A DNA stretch of 64,000 nucleotides from a virus (IMGVR_UViG_3300022752_005671:1-64000), one strand, 5' to 3'; positions 17,653-27,215 are shown, counted from the stretch's first letter. The notes: generated from the letters alone by a model not told the origin. Made by a program: numbers and translations.

Positions 17653-18747
17653 TTAATCCAGCGGTTGAAGCATCATTTTGTACTTTTTACCTGTGATATT
17701 GTTTACAACGCACAGATAATCTTTTTCTTCTACGATGGTCCAATCCCCTCTTTCATTTCGAAGATGAAGATCTCCCGTGTAAATGTGTGCCCAACGTTTG
17801 TCTGGGGTTCCTAACGTATACGTTGAATCTAAATCGGGGGTTATACTTCCTTGTATTCCAAACGAGCCTGTTAAAGATAATGTATTGGTTGAAGAATTAA
17901 AATTAAGATTTGCTGAGGCCCCGAAAGATCCGCCGTTATTAAATTGTATTTGTTGATCACTTCCAGCAGGAGTTCCTGAACCTCCAGTTGATGAAATTGT
18001 TACTGCACCATTTGAAGCTGATGTGATGGTAACATTGCTTCCAGCGATAAGATAAGACGTGCCATCGACAAGTTTCGTAAGAGAACCGCTCAATCCGTCG
18101 TTGAAAACAGCCGCACCATTTGCGATAATTTTCCCAGTACCAGCATTTAATGTAAGAGATGATGCGCCTGTTGTCTGACCCAATGTTACTGTCTGCGCAG
18201 TCGAAGCTACACCCGCAAGGTTGATTATCGTGTCTGTAAATTGGGCAATTTGATTGTCATTGTTGCTTATTATTACTGAGGTACCCGTAGGAGCATTTAA
18301 ACTTGTTGTGCCTCCTGCCGATTGATAAAGCGCGTAGTTACCTGAATTTCCAGCGCCGACGTGCGAGAGAGAAGAATTACCAAACATCGCAGCATTTGTC
18401 CACCACGGATGAGTACCGACTGCAGCTTTTCCTAAGAAAGAATCTGGGCTTGCGGCACTTCCACCGGCCGCTATTAAAATTCCCGTAAATGTTGAACCAG
18501 TTATCGTAGCGACAACAGAATCATTTATAGCTAACGTGTAATTTCCGTTTGCTCCACTATCTGTGGCTTTTAATCCTGTGCTCGGAATAAATACTCTTTC
18601 ATTAGGTAATGAAGAAGTTAAAGCTAGAACTAGATAAGAAGCTCTTTCATCGGCGCCTCCTGCCCCACCTCCGCCCCCTGAAGCATAAACCGGTTGCTGT
18701 CTGAAGAATGAATATGTTTTTCTTAATCTGTTTTTATCGTCGGCCAT
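17653..18747 (-). CDS. Tail fibre-like protein
   Basis: 364 aa; shares the DGTSYLIAG, QIQFNNGG and INDSVVAT modules and the C-terminal RWAHIYTGDLHL domain with its neighbours. Confidence 0.75.
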   Translation of the reverse strand: MADDKNRLRKTYSFFRQQPVYASGGGGGAGGADERASYLVLALTSSLPNERVFIPSTGLKATDSGANGNYTLAINDSVVATITGSTFTGILIAAGGSAASPDSFLGKAAVGTHPWWTNAAMFGNSSLSHVGAGNSGNYALYQSAGGTTSLNAPTGTSVIISNNDNQIAQFTDTIINLAGVASTAQTVTLGQTTGASSLTLNAGTGKIIANGAAVFNDGLSGSLTKLVDGTSYLIAGSNVTITSASNGAVTISSTGGSGTPAGSDQQIQFNNGGSFGASANLNFNSSTNTLSLTGSFGIQGSITPDLDSTYTLGTPDKRWAHIYTGDLHLRNERGDWTIVEEKDYLCVVNNITGKKYKMMLQPLD

Positions 18748-18780
18748 TTTTATGACAGCTCATGAGATTGTATTACGTAT

Positions 18781-18813
18781 TGAGTAAAATTATATACTAC
18801 TGAGTAAAATTAT
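18781..18813. repeat. 13-bp direct repeat with 20-bp period in a divergent intergenic region
   Basis: TGAGTAAAATTAT at 18781-18793 and 18801-18813. Confidence 0.8.
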
Positions 18814-18884
18814 TTAGCTTAAAGCATTAATCATCCGTTTTTGTGTCAACATAATAGAAAAAAGCATATTTATATTCATTAGAA

Positions 18885-19421
18885 ATGAACGCTGTCAAGC
18901 ATTATTGGGGTATGCTTGTTAAACATCAACAAGATGATCCTGATTACCTAAAAAATATTTTTCAAAAAGAATTTAATGGTAAAATAGTAGGATTTAATAA
19001 AAAAAATAGGGTTGAGTTTCTTTCAAATTTTTATCCTTCTACCATATCTTTTGAGAACGATTTATATCCCACGGTAGAGCATGCGTATCAATCTTCTAAA
19101 ACGACAAATCAACAATCAAGGTTGTTGATTAAAAAAGCTAAAACTCCTTATGATGCAAAAAAGCTTGGTAGATCTCTAGTTTTGCATGAAAAGTGGAATG
19201 ATATGAAAATTGATATCATGAGAAGCTTAATACGAGAAAAATTTAAAAATCCGTTTTTAAGGCATTTATTGTCATTGACAAATGATAACCAGCTTATTAA
19301 CGAAAACAAATGGAATGATAAGTTTTGGGGTATGACGAATGGCGTTGGAGAAAATTGGCTAGGTAAAATCTTAGAGGAGGTGAGAAAAGAAATTATTGTT
19401 GAAGATTCTTTAGATTTTTAA
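18885..19421 (+). CDS. NADAR (YbiA-like) family N-glycosidase
   Basis: FLSNFYPS, YPTVEHAYQSSK, AKKLGR, MRSLIREKF, NDKFWG, GENWLGKILEEVR. Confidence 0.9.
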   Translation: MNAVKHYWGMLVKHQQDDPDYLKNIFQKEFNGKIVGFNKKNRVEFLSNFYPSTISFENDLYPTVEHAYQSSKTTNQQSRLLIKKAKTPYDAKKLGRSLVLHEKWNDMKIDIMRSLIREKFKNPFLRHLLSLTNDNQLINENKWNDKFWGMTNGVGENWLGKILEEVRKEIIVEDSLDF

Positions 19422-19436
19422 TAGAGAGGAACGGAT

Positions 19437-19811
19437 ATGTCTTCATTAAAGCAAGCCATAGTAATTAGAAAAGATTTAAATTTTAATAAAAGACAAGTTG
19501 CGCAACAAGTTGCAAAAGCTTCATTAAAATTCATTATAGAAAATAATGAAGCAGAAAGAGGAGGAAAACTTGTCGTTAGTTTGTCCAATGATGAGGTTGC
19601 ATGGTTAACAGGTTCATTTTCGCAGGACATACTAGGGGTAAAAAATAAAGATCAATTGGACGATATTATGTTCCGCGCCCAAATTCTTGGCATTGAAGCA
19701 TATCCTGTTTTTACAAAAGGAGAAGATGAGACAGAAACTTCTTGTATAGCATTAGGACCAGATGAGTCTGGTGTCATAAATAAGCTTATTCATGGATTAA
19801 AACCATTTTAA
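19437..19811 (+). CDS. Pth2 (archaeal/eukaryotic-type peptidyl-tRNA hydrolase)-fold protein, degenerate active site
   Basis: KQAIVIRKDL...VAQQVAKA at the N-terminus and TSCIALGPDESGVINKLIHGLKPF at the C-terminus follow the Pth2 pattern; GKGK, AHA and DAGxT elements are altered. Confidence 0.7.
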   Translation: MSSLKQAIVIRKDLNFNKRQVAQQVAKASLKFIIENNEAERGGKLVVSLSNDEVAWLTGSFSQDILGVKNKDQLDDIMFRAQILGIEAYPVFTKGEDETETSCIALGPDESGVINKLIHGLKPF

Positions 19812-19853
19812 ATTTAAACTGTTAAACAGTTATAGATTATAAAAAATACATAA

Positions 19854-20330
19854 ATGAAAAAGTGTAAGATAACGCTGGAACCTCGAGCTAAGCAAAAATG
19901 TTTTTATTTAGCTCCAAACGCTGAAATGTTATATTTGGTTTCTGCTGTTTCTACAAATAAAACGTTGATAAAAAATTTAAGGTCTAATCCAGACATAGAA
20001 GTAATTTCATTAGAACATGATCAATGGATAGAAGCAGAATGGAATGGATGCCAAAATATTAGAGACGATTTTGAAACAGTAAGAATGAATTTTGTCAGGT
20101 TAATAAGAGTTGCAAAATTAACTTCAGGAAAAGATTCTGATGCTTTAATTTCACTTCACTTTGGATGGATTTTGGGAAATCATTTGAAATTTAATAACCA
20201 CAAAAAAAGTGGTATGAAAGTCACATTGTTGTCCAAAGACGATGAGCAATATAATTTTTCTGAATTATTTCAAGACAATGACACGCATGAAGAAATAACC
20301 AAAAAACTAAAAATAGAAAATTTGTGTTAA
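19854..20330 (+). CDS. Hypothetical protein
   Basis: 158-aa ORF; TAGATTAT box 13 nt upstream. Confidence 0.55.
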   Translation: MKKCKITLEPRAKQKCFYLAPNAEMLYLVSAVSTNKTLIKNLRSNPDIEVISLEHDQWIEAEWNGCQNIRDDFETVRMNFVRLIRVAKLTSGKDSDALISLHFGWILGNHLKFNNHKKSGMKVTLLSKDDEQYNFSELFQDNDTHEEITKKLKIENLC

Positions 20331-20377
20331 AATTTTTTATTTATTATTGAAGATTATTCTATTTTCTATTGATTTTT

Positions 20378-22888
20378 TTATACTATCAATCCGTAATTCC
20401 TAAGAGCTGTATAAAGATTTGCTAACGTGTCACTCGCAACTGATTGTTTAGCAACTGGTGCAGTTCCAAAAAAACCTATTCCTGTCGAATCAGTCTCTAT
20501 TCTAGTTGACGTTGACATGGGACCAACATACTGTAATTGAATCGAATCGGTCGAATTTAATTCGATATCCCCCGTTCCTGATTGTATAACGACTGATGAG
20601 GCTCCATTAGTATTGCCTATTGTAATTACTGATTTTCCTGTTCCTGCAGGTGAACCGGAACCAATATTTATCGTCTGCGTATTTCCTGTCGACGTATTTG
20701 CGTTACCAATGTTTATCGTATTTGAAACTGTAGACTGTCCTAAAGTTATTGTTCCTGCACCTGATGCACTCCCCATTGTGTAAGACGTACTCGTAGAGCC
20801 GGAAAAAATCATGTCACTTTTGGATTCTAATAACATTCCTGCTGATCCTGCAAAAACATGCGTGTATGAGCTTCCTGACAAACTTCCAAGAGCAGTTAAA
20901 CATGTGTCAGGGGTCGTACCTATTCTGACGCTATGAACCCCTCCTGGATCAACTACGGCTCCTTCGCTGATTATTCTAACTTCGTGTCCGGTCGACGAAG
21001 TTCCATCACAAACTGCTACATAGTTACCAGTCAAAACAGCTTTTGCTCCGATGTAAATGCTCTGCTTGTAGGCTGATGAAATATCAATGTTCGAACCAAT
21101 CATGATTCTTCTAGCAGAGTTTGTGCAACCTATTCTAATGTCGCCAGTTCCGGAATTAAGAAACAGTTCAGAAGCTCCTGTTCCACTTCCTAATGTTACA
21201 TATTGAGTCGCGGTACCTGTGGCAATATTACAAGTCCTTTGAGATGCAGTTGTAGCAATTTCAAGAGCCCCTGTCCCACAATCTATTTGCATGCTAGAGG
21301 TTCCGGTAGAACTACCTAATGTGACGTTTGTTTGCATCGAGGGTGTGGATCCAATTTTTACTAGCCTTGTTCCTGCAAACGCTCCTGTGGTTCCTATTTG
21401 AATGTAACCAGTTCCGGATTCAATGTTGATATTTTCGCTTCCGCTTCGTATATTGACCTCAGAACTATTAGAACTGCTGCCAATATTAACAACCTGTGTC
21501 GCAGCGCCTGTTCCTAAGTTGACTGTTCTTGCAGCAGCAGTAGTACCCATATTGAGAGTTGAGGCGCCATTCGACAAATTAAATGTTGATGATGTCGTTG
21601 TTATGTCGCCACCATTGACTGCAATGTCGCCATCAAACGTTGTTGTTACAGACGAACCAACAAAAGTCGTCGTTCCGTTTGCTGTAATTGTATCTGCAGA
21701 TGAATCTCCAAGCGTCACATTGCCATCAACCGTCAGTGCGTTGTTGATTGAGGTTGTTCCAGTTGCTGCTCCTATTTCTATCGTGGTCGCTGCTCCACCA
21801 ATATTAAGAGTAGTCACTGTAGAATTTAAGAGATTAAATGTAGTTGCCGTAGAAGTAATCTTGTTCGTTGAAGAAGCAGCAGTACCATTGACAGCTAAAC
21901 TGCCAGCTACCGTAGTGGTATCTGTTGCTGCATTACCCAGCGTCGAATTACCATCAACCGTCAGTGCGTTATTGATTGAGGTTGTTCCAGTCACTGCTCC
22001 TATTTCTATTGTGGTCGCTGCGCCGCCTACGTTAAGGGCAGTCACTGTAGAATTTAAGAGATTAAATGTAGTTGCTGTAGAAGTAATATCTCCGCCATCT
22101 ACCTCAAGATTTCCAGGAGTTGTTATGTCATCTGAATCGCTAATCAATACTCCTGAATTTTGTATTAATTTTCCTGTAGTTAAATCAAATCTAACAATCG
22201 CATTATCAGTAGACGATGAAGGGCCTACAACATCTCCGCTTCCGCCTCCACCGCCGATGGCTGAAATTGTTACAGTTGATCCAGCACCTCCATCTGAAAT
22301 AGAAATTCCTGATCCGGCCGTCAATACTCTTTCATTTGTTAAAGTACCATTTATACCTAAAACAACGTAAGATGCATCTGCCGGGGCTCCTCCGCCACCA
22401 CCGCTGATCGATGAAGTAGAAACTGAGAACCATGATGTTCCATTCCAAGATAATTGAATACACCCGTAATTTATTGAAATAGATTGATAGTTTGATCCGT
22501 CTATCGTCCCACCATTTGAGCCATATATCCTTATGGGATATGTTCCTGATGTACCAGAAAAATCTTTAACAATTACTAATTGTCCGACACGAGGACTTTT
22601 TGGTAATGTTATTGAAACATAACCTGATGGTGGTGCAGATGTATTTGATATGTTGGCAATTGTTATATGTTCATCAACTGTAGAAGACCATGAATTTCCA
22701 GCATTAACGAAATAATCTTTTTCAGATAAAGACACTTTACCTTTTAGTACAAAATCAGCTGGTTGTGAATTTAATCCAACTTGAAAAGCTTTAGGTGACA
22801 CGACAAGTTGAACATCATTAGTTGTATTATCACGAACAAATAAGAGCGTTGATTCGTCAACTTGCTGTTGTGTTTTTCCTGTCGCCAT
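20378..22888 (-). CDS. Tail fibre-like protein with beta-solenoid-type repeats
   Basis: 836 aa; ITLPKSPRVGQLVIVKD...TIDG...WNGTSW module typical of long fibres; many xIGx repeats; C-terminal GFFGTAPVAKQ...LRNYGLI. Confidence 0.75.
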   Translation of the reverse strand: MATGKTQQQVDESTLLFVRDNTTNDVQLVVSPKAFQVGLNSQPADFVLKGKVSLSEKDYFVNAGNSWSSTVDEHITIANISNTSAPPSGYVSITLPKSPRVGQLVIVKDFSGTSGTYPIRIYGSNGGTIDGSNYQSISINYGCIQLSWNGTSWFSVSTSSISGGGGGAPADASYVVLGINGTLTNERVLTAGSGISISDGGAGSTVTISAIGGGGGSGDVVGPSSSTDNAIVRFDLTTGKLIQNSGVLISDSDDITTPGNLEVDGGDITSTATTFNLLNSTVTALNVGGAATTIEIGAVTGTTSINNALTVDGNSTLGNAATDTTTVAGSLAVNGTAASSTNKITSTATTFNLLNSTVTTLNIGGAATTIEIGAATGTTSINNALTVDGNVTLGDSSADTITANGTTTFVGSSVTTTFDGDIAVNGGDITTTSSTFNLSNGASTLNMGTTAAARTVNLGTGAATQVVNIGSSSNSSEVNIRSGSENINIESGTGYIQIGTTGAFAGTRLVKIGSTPSMQTNVTLGSSTGTSSMQIDCGTGALEIATTASQRTCNIATGTATQYVTLGSGTGASELFLNSGTGDIRIGCTNSARRIMIGSNIDISSAYKQSIYIGAKAVLTGNYVAVCDGTSSTGHEVRIISEGAVVDPGGVHSVRIGTTPDTCLTALGSLSGSSYTHVFAGSAGMLLESKSDMIFSGSTSTSYTMGSASGAGTITLGQSTVSNTINIGNANTSTGNTQTINIGSGSPAGTGKSVITIGNTNGASSVVIQSGTGDIELNSTDSIQLQYVGPMSTSTRIETDSTGIGFFGTAPVAKQSVASDTLANLYTALRNYGLIV
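21723..22087 (-). repeat. Internal duplication (2 x 137 nt, period 228 nt) in the 836-aa fibre gene
   Basis: 21723-21859 vs 21951-22087, 125/137 identical by hand alignment. Confidence 0.9.
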
Positions 22889-22890
22889 GA

Positions 22891-24267
22891 TTATATTGTT
22901 ACATTTCCATCTCCATCTACAGAGATGCTAATAAGAGTTAAATTTGAAGTAGAGGATCCTTGAGTAATTGGATCAACATTTCTTTGTTCTAAATCAAAAT
23001 ATGGTAGAGATGAAGTTGCATATTCACTCAAATTTTGAGATAAAGTGTTTTCAGGAGGTGTACGGACGTTGTTTTTATCAAAAAACTTAACTGTAACCGG
23101 TGCATCATTTGTGTCATTTTCTGATACGATTGTTTTTGTCACGTCATCATAAAGAAATTTAGTATACAAACGCTGCTCTAGCATGTCCCTGTATTGACCG
23201 TACCTACCTTGCCTATAATAAGCCGAACTGTAATCAGCCAATCCACTATGCAATCCGTATTTCCATCCTCTGATTACTGGACCTATCACGAAGAAGCTGC
23301 CTGTTATTGCTTGATATCCGATTGCAAGTTTAGGGATTTTTTTTTCTCGAAATTCTACTAAATTGTTCGTTCCTCTAGATAAAAATCCCGTAGGGCTGTT
23401 AGAATCTTGAATTTGTCGATCAAAAAAAACAGACTTTGCGTCTCCAAACCCGAATAAAACTTTTATCAAATCTTGATTTCCAGCAGAACCAGTTTCAAAA
23501 GTTCCGGATTTTGTAGAACAATCTGAAAAAACGTAATGATACCATGTAGCGTTTGAAACAGTAATAGCATTTAACTCATGTCTATTAACTTTGGAAGTTC
23601 CAAAAAAGCCGACGTAGAGACCAGCTTTTTTTACTCTTGTTCTATTTGTAGTCGATGCATTTGGGGTAGTAAAATTAAGTACATTTAAAACTTCTAAGTT
23701 GTTAAAATATATTGTTTTTAATCTTTGCACTTGAGAATATCTAGGTTCAAAAGGATATGATTTTGTCCAATGTCTGTCTATTCCTACGTTTAGATATGAT
23801 CCTACGTTCGAACCACTCGTAACGTACCCATCCAACATAATAATGGCATTTTTAACGTAATTTATTCCATTTGGCGACCCACCTCCAGGTCCATCATTTC
23901 TAAAAGGAGAAAAAATGTCTGCACCATTTTGTTTAAAACATGCTAATGGATTTGGGACAAGAGTATCAAATATTCTTTCATCGAAACAAATATGCTTTGC
24001 TGCCCTACAATTTCCTGCTTTTTCTTTATAGGGTTGTAACGAATAAGACGTAGAATCATATGAATCGAATATTGTGGATCCTGGTGTTGGCGCTTGATTA
24101 CTATTGATTAATCCGTAAACAACACCTCTATTTCCTGGCTTCAATACTTTATTGCTATATCTGTCTTTTTCTTCAGTCAGCATTTTACCCATTACGACTT
24201 GGTCATAAGTTCCTGAAGTGTATGTTTCTTTATATTCAACTTCATATTGATCTAGAACAGTTATCAT
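22891..24267 (-). CDS. Putative virion structural protein
   Basis: 458 aa; coupled within the baseplate-to-fibre operon; no catalytic motif. Confidence 0.55.
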   Translation of the reverse strand: MITVLDQYEVEYKETYTSGTYDQVVMGKMLTEEKDRYSNKVLKPGNRGVVYGLINSNQAPTPGSTIFDSYDSTSYSLQPYKEKAGNCRAAKHICFDERIFDTLVPNPLACFKQNGADIFSPFRNDGPGGGSPNGINYVKNAIIMLDGYVTSGSNVGSYLNVGIDRHWTKSYPFEPRYSQVQRLKTIYFNNLEVLNVLNFTTPNASTTNRTRVKKAGLYVGFFGTSKVNRHELNAITVSNATWYHYVFSDCSTKSGTFETGSAGNQDLIKVLFGFGDAKSVFFDRQIQDSNSPTGFLSRGTNNLVEFREKKIPKLAIGYQAITGSFFVIGPVIRGWKYGLHSGLADYSSAYYRQGRYGQYRDMLEQRLYTKFLYDDVTKTIVSENDTNDAPVTVKFFDKNNVRTPPENTLSQNLSEYATSSLPYFDLEQRNVDPITQGSSTSNLTLISISVDGDGNVTI

Positions 24268-27215
24268 GTGTTTGTACCCCCAATAACAACTTCATGAATT
24301 GCATCAGAAGATAAAGGTTGATTTAAGGTATCGTGAAATTCTCTTCCATTTGCGACGAGGCTGCCATATAAAGTGATATTAATGCTTCCTGTTGTTAATT
24401 TAATGTCATGTTGAATTTGATTCATCGTAAAAGGGCTAAGAGCTTCTGTGGATAAGAAAAATGGTCTTGACTTTGAAATTGAAAGAATTAATCTATCATT
24501 CGGAAGCAACAAATATGGTGAAGGAGTGTTGTTTTGCTTTTGAGCTACAGAAATGGCTATGGCAGCCTGCGCTCCTCCGCCACCGGCTCCTAATTCTGGT
24601 ATTGCTTCCGTGACAAGATCTTTTGGAGATTCTGAAATTGGTCCAGTTGTCATGTGATCTAATTTTACAATAGAATCTCTGTATAAATAGAAAGGATTTT
24701 CATATTCATTTGTTTTCCTTGAAGTCGTATATTCTTTTCCTAATACAGACCTTCCAGATGGCTCAAATCCAGACATGGAACGTCCCATGTTATTCACATT
24801 CGTCAAAATTGTTTCTCTGCTTCCATACCCAATAGTATTAGAACTTGTAAAACCTGGAATGCTATTAAAAGGTAGAGCTTCACCGCTCCCGGGTAATTTA
24901 AGTTTTTGAGAATTAAACAAGATTTCTAATGACCCGGTCGCGTAATCATAGTATGAAACTCTGTCTTGATCTATGAAAAAAGTATCTCTTATCAAGACAC
25001 CATTTGAAATAGACGCTTGACATTTAAATTTTGCACTTCCAGTAAAGAAATAATTACTTCCGCTGATTATCCCTGAGGGAGTTGCATATGCTAAAAATCC
25101 TCTTGGGACTATTTGATAAACATCACCAGTTACTATAGGATAGTCATAATGCGAAGTTCCATAAACTGGTTGGAAATAAGCTATTTTTGCAGAATTATCC
25201 TCTTGGTGAGTTACTACACCACTAAGAATTAGATCTCTAACATACTTGTTTGGACCAACCTTTATTTGATTGAATAGTCCGAATGTTAAACCTGGTCCTC
25301 CGATATCAAATGTAACTCCATCTCCTGCAGATGCGTTCAAAGGTTTTGGAGAATTAAGCGCAGTAGGCATAACACACTGCGTTCTATCATAGAACCATCC
25401 CGGTCCTGCTTCGATCGGTATTTCAATAACAGCTTTTTCTAATAAGAAAGGTTGATTGATAGGTATCGTTATGCTTTCATCATCATTCGCATTATATTCT
25501 TGATTTAATGTTATACTTTTTTCAAACTTAGTTGTTAGAAGTTGAATTTCAGATTCTCTATTAAAATAATTATTAAAATATGCATTTGTTGAAAATGGAA
25601 ACGTTGAACGGTCTGAAGATCCAGAGGCTATATTAAATCCAATTGCATTAAACCCTCTATCAACTTCCATCAACCTTCCGCTTGGAGAAGCTCCTGGATC
25701 CATAAAGGGTTCTGCTATATCAAATTTCCCACCAGCAAATGAAGCTGTTGGATATTGCCATCTTCCCGTTCTTTTATTAAAGTAATAAATACTTGATGAA
25801 GCACCAAACATTGTGGTTTTGTGATCAACTCTATAAGATAATCTAATTTGAGTTTTTGATCTTAAAGGTTGTGAAAATCCTTCCCCTACATCTTTGATGC
25901 TGGATCCTGTCATGAAGAAGCTATCCGCTGTCGCTGTGGGATCATTTTCAAACAACTTGTATTCTGAAAATGGAGCTATGTATTTCTTTTCATTATCTTC
26001 TAGATATTCTTGAACGTTAGAAGAGATTACGCTGCCTGTCAAAACAAAATCTTCTAAAAATAAATCTTGGTTTCTTGAAACGTCGATTAACGAAGATGCG
26101 TAAAACCTAGGTAGAGTTGTTGGGTAATTTACTGAAGAATTTGTTCCATATGCTATTGATTTTCTATCATCAAAATAAACCCCATCTGAACCTGACCTAT
26201 CTTTATCTCCAGTTCTAGATACGGTGGGTAATGTAATTCTTGAATCTTTTTCTCTCAAAGACAATCTTGGTAAAACTTTTCTTCTATTAAGAGGTGGTTG
26301 AAATGTAAAAATTGCTCCCGATGTTCTTTGTCCGGGCCAATATGTTGCTGCATTTAAATGAATTCCGTAAGGAACAGTAAAAGGAAATTCTTGTTCTGAA
26401 TAAGATCCTGAAACCGTTCCTCCTAGTCCGTATTTTGACCTTGCGTCTCTAGCATATCCTAATTCATAAGAAAAATCCCTAAATCTCCATGATCCATTGG
26501 GCATAAAGACGCCGATGGTTGCAGACTCATATACGCTTGTAATTGAAGAAAAGCTATCGTTTCTGGGACAATATCTATATTCAATTTTTCCGTTTTCATA
26601 AAGAACAAATTCAAATGTTAATATGCTTGTCGACAATGGATCGATATAACTAGATATAGAATGCCATCTGATGATTAATCTTCTTCCTTCGTTAGAAAGA
26701 TTATCGTTGTAATATTGAATTCCATATTTTCTTGGATTAAGTCTTTTTTCAGGTTGAGATAATCCCTTTTCGTATGCATCTATTTGTTTTTGATCAACAA
26801 TAAGACCGCTGGTCGATGAATATAAACTGCGTATGTCATCAAACCAAACTGCACATAAAACGTGGTTTGCTGAAAATGTTTCTTTTATTGATTCATTTTG
26901 ATTAGAACTATCCATAACTTCGGACACAGTAGTATTAGCATCCGCTGTTGATCCAGGAGCAACTAATATTACCCATCCATTAGTACATACTCTGAATTTA
27001 GTATGATTTCTACCATCAAAAGAAAAAGTAAATCCGATATCTAAAGCATCGCTTACTACATCATCTTGTCCACCTTGTCCGGCAGTTCCTGGAATTTGTA
27101 AAAATTTTTCTTGCGGTGTTTTTGTTAGTCCTACGTTTGGTCCAACAGACAACGTTAAAATGTAATTTTCAAACGTTCTTGGAGGTGCAGCTCGCAATGA
27201 TTTAGGAGATGGCAT
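24264..27215 (-). CDS. Putative virion protein with N-terminal NIDO-like extracellular domain
   Basis: DDVVSDALDIGFTFSFDG...VCTNGW...AVWFDDI...LIIRW...TFEFVLYENGKIEYRY; operon position. Confidence 0.55.
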   Translation of the reverse strand: MPSPKSLRAAPPRTFENYILTLSVGPNVGLTKTPQEKFLQIPGTAGQGGQDDVVSDALDIGFTFSFDGRNHTKFRVCTNGWVILVAPGSTADANTTVSEVMDSSNQNESIKETFSANHVLCAVWFDDIRSLYSSTSGLIVDQKQIDAYEKGLSQPEKRLNPRKYGIQYYNDNLSNEGRRLIIRWHSISSYIDPLSTSILTFEFVLYENGKIEYRYCPRNDSFSSITSVYESATIGVFMPNGSWRFRDFSYELGYARDARSKYGLGGTVSGSYSEQEFPFTVPYGIHLNAATYWPGQRTSGAIFTFQPPLNRRKVLPRLSLREKDSRITLPTVSRTGDKDRSGSDGVYFDDRKSIAYGTNSSVNYPTTLPRFYASSLIDVSRNQDLFLEDFVLTGSVISSNVQEYLEDNEKKYIAPFSEYKLFENDPTATADSFFMTGSSIKDVGEGFSQPLRSKTQIRLSYRVDHKTTMFGASSSIYYFNKRTGRWQYPTASFAGGKFDIAEPFMDPGASPSGRLMEVDRGFNAIGFNIASGSSDRSTFPFSTNAYFNNYFNRESEIQLLTTKFEKSITLNQEYNANDDESITIPINQPFLLEKAVIEIPIEAGPGWFYDRTQCVMPTALNSPKPLNASAGDGVTFDIGGPGLTFGLFNQIKVGPNKYVRDLILSGVVTHQEDNSAKIAYFQPVYGTSHYDYPIVTGDVYQIVPRGFLAYATPSGIISGSNYFFTGSAKFKCQASISNGVLIRDTFFIDQDRVSYYDYATGSLEILFNSQKLKLPGSGEALPFNSIPGFTSSNTIGYGSRETILTNVNNMGRSMSGFEPSGRSVLGKEYTTSRKTNEYENPFYLYRDSIVKLDHMTTGPISESPKDLVTEAIPELGAGGGGAQAAIAISVAQKQNNTPSPYLLLPNDRLILSISKSRPFFLSTEALSPFTMNQIQHDIKLTTGSINITLYGSLVANGREFHDTLNQPLSSDAIHEVVIGGTNT

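Larger units (their letters stand above)
12820..18095 (-). repeat. Six dispersed copies of a 35-codon module (GLSGSLTKLxDGTSYLIAGSNxTITSASNGAxTIS) across three tail-fibre genes
   Basis: Copies at about 12820-12923, 13448-13550, 14078-14183, 14338-14441, 16870-16975 and 17992-18095; segments 16882-16935 and 18004-18057 match at 52/54 nt. Confidence 0.9.

Noticed and set aside
19807-19830. Palindromes TTTAAATTTAAA and ACTGTT-A-AACAGT as operators
   Set aside because: Single, short, AT-rich occurrences; no second copy noticed.
12014-22370. Many + strand ORFs inside the fibre genes (e.g. 13174-13509, 14098-14427, 21423-22370)
   Set aside because: Antisense shadows of Gly/Thr/Ser codon bias, read as Pro/Val/Ala-rich peptides.
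11361-22888. Fibre repeats as a shufflon or diversity-generating retroelement
   Set aside because: All copies are direct and in-frame; no invertase, no reverse transcriptase, and no adenine-specific TR/VR mismatch pattern.
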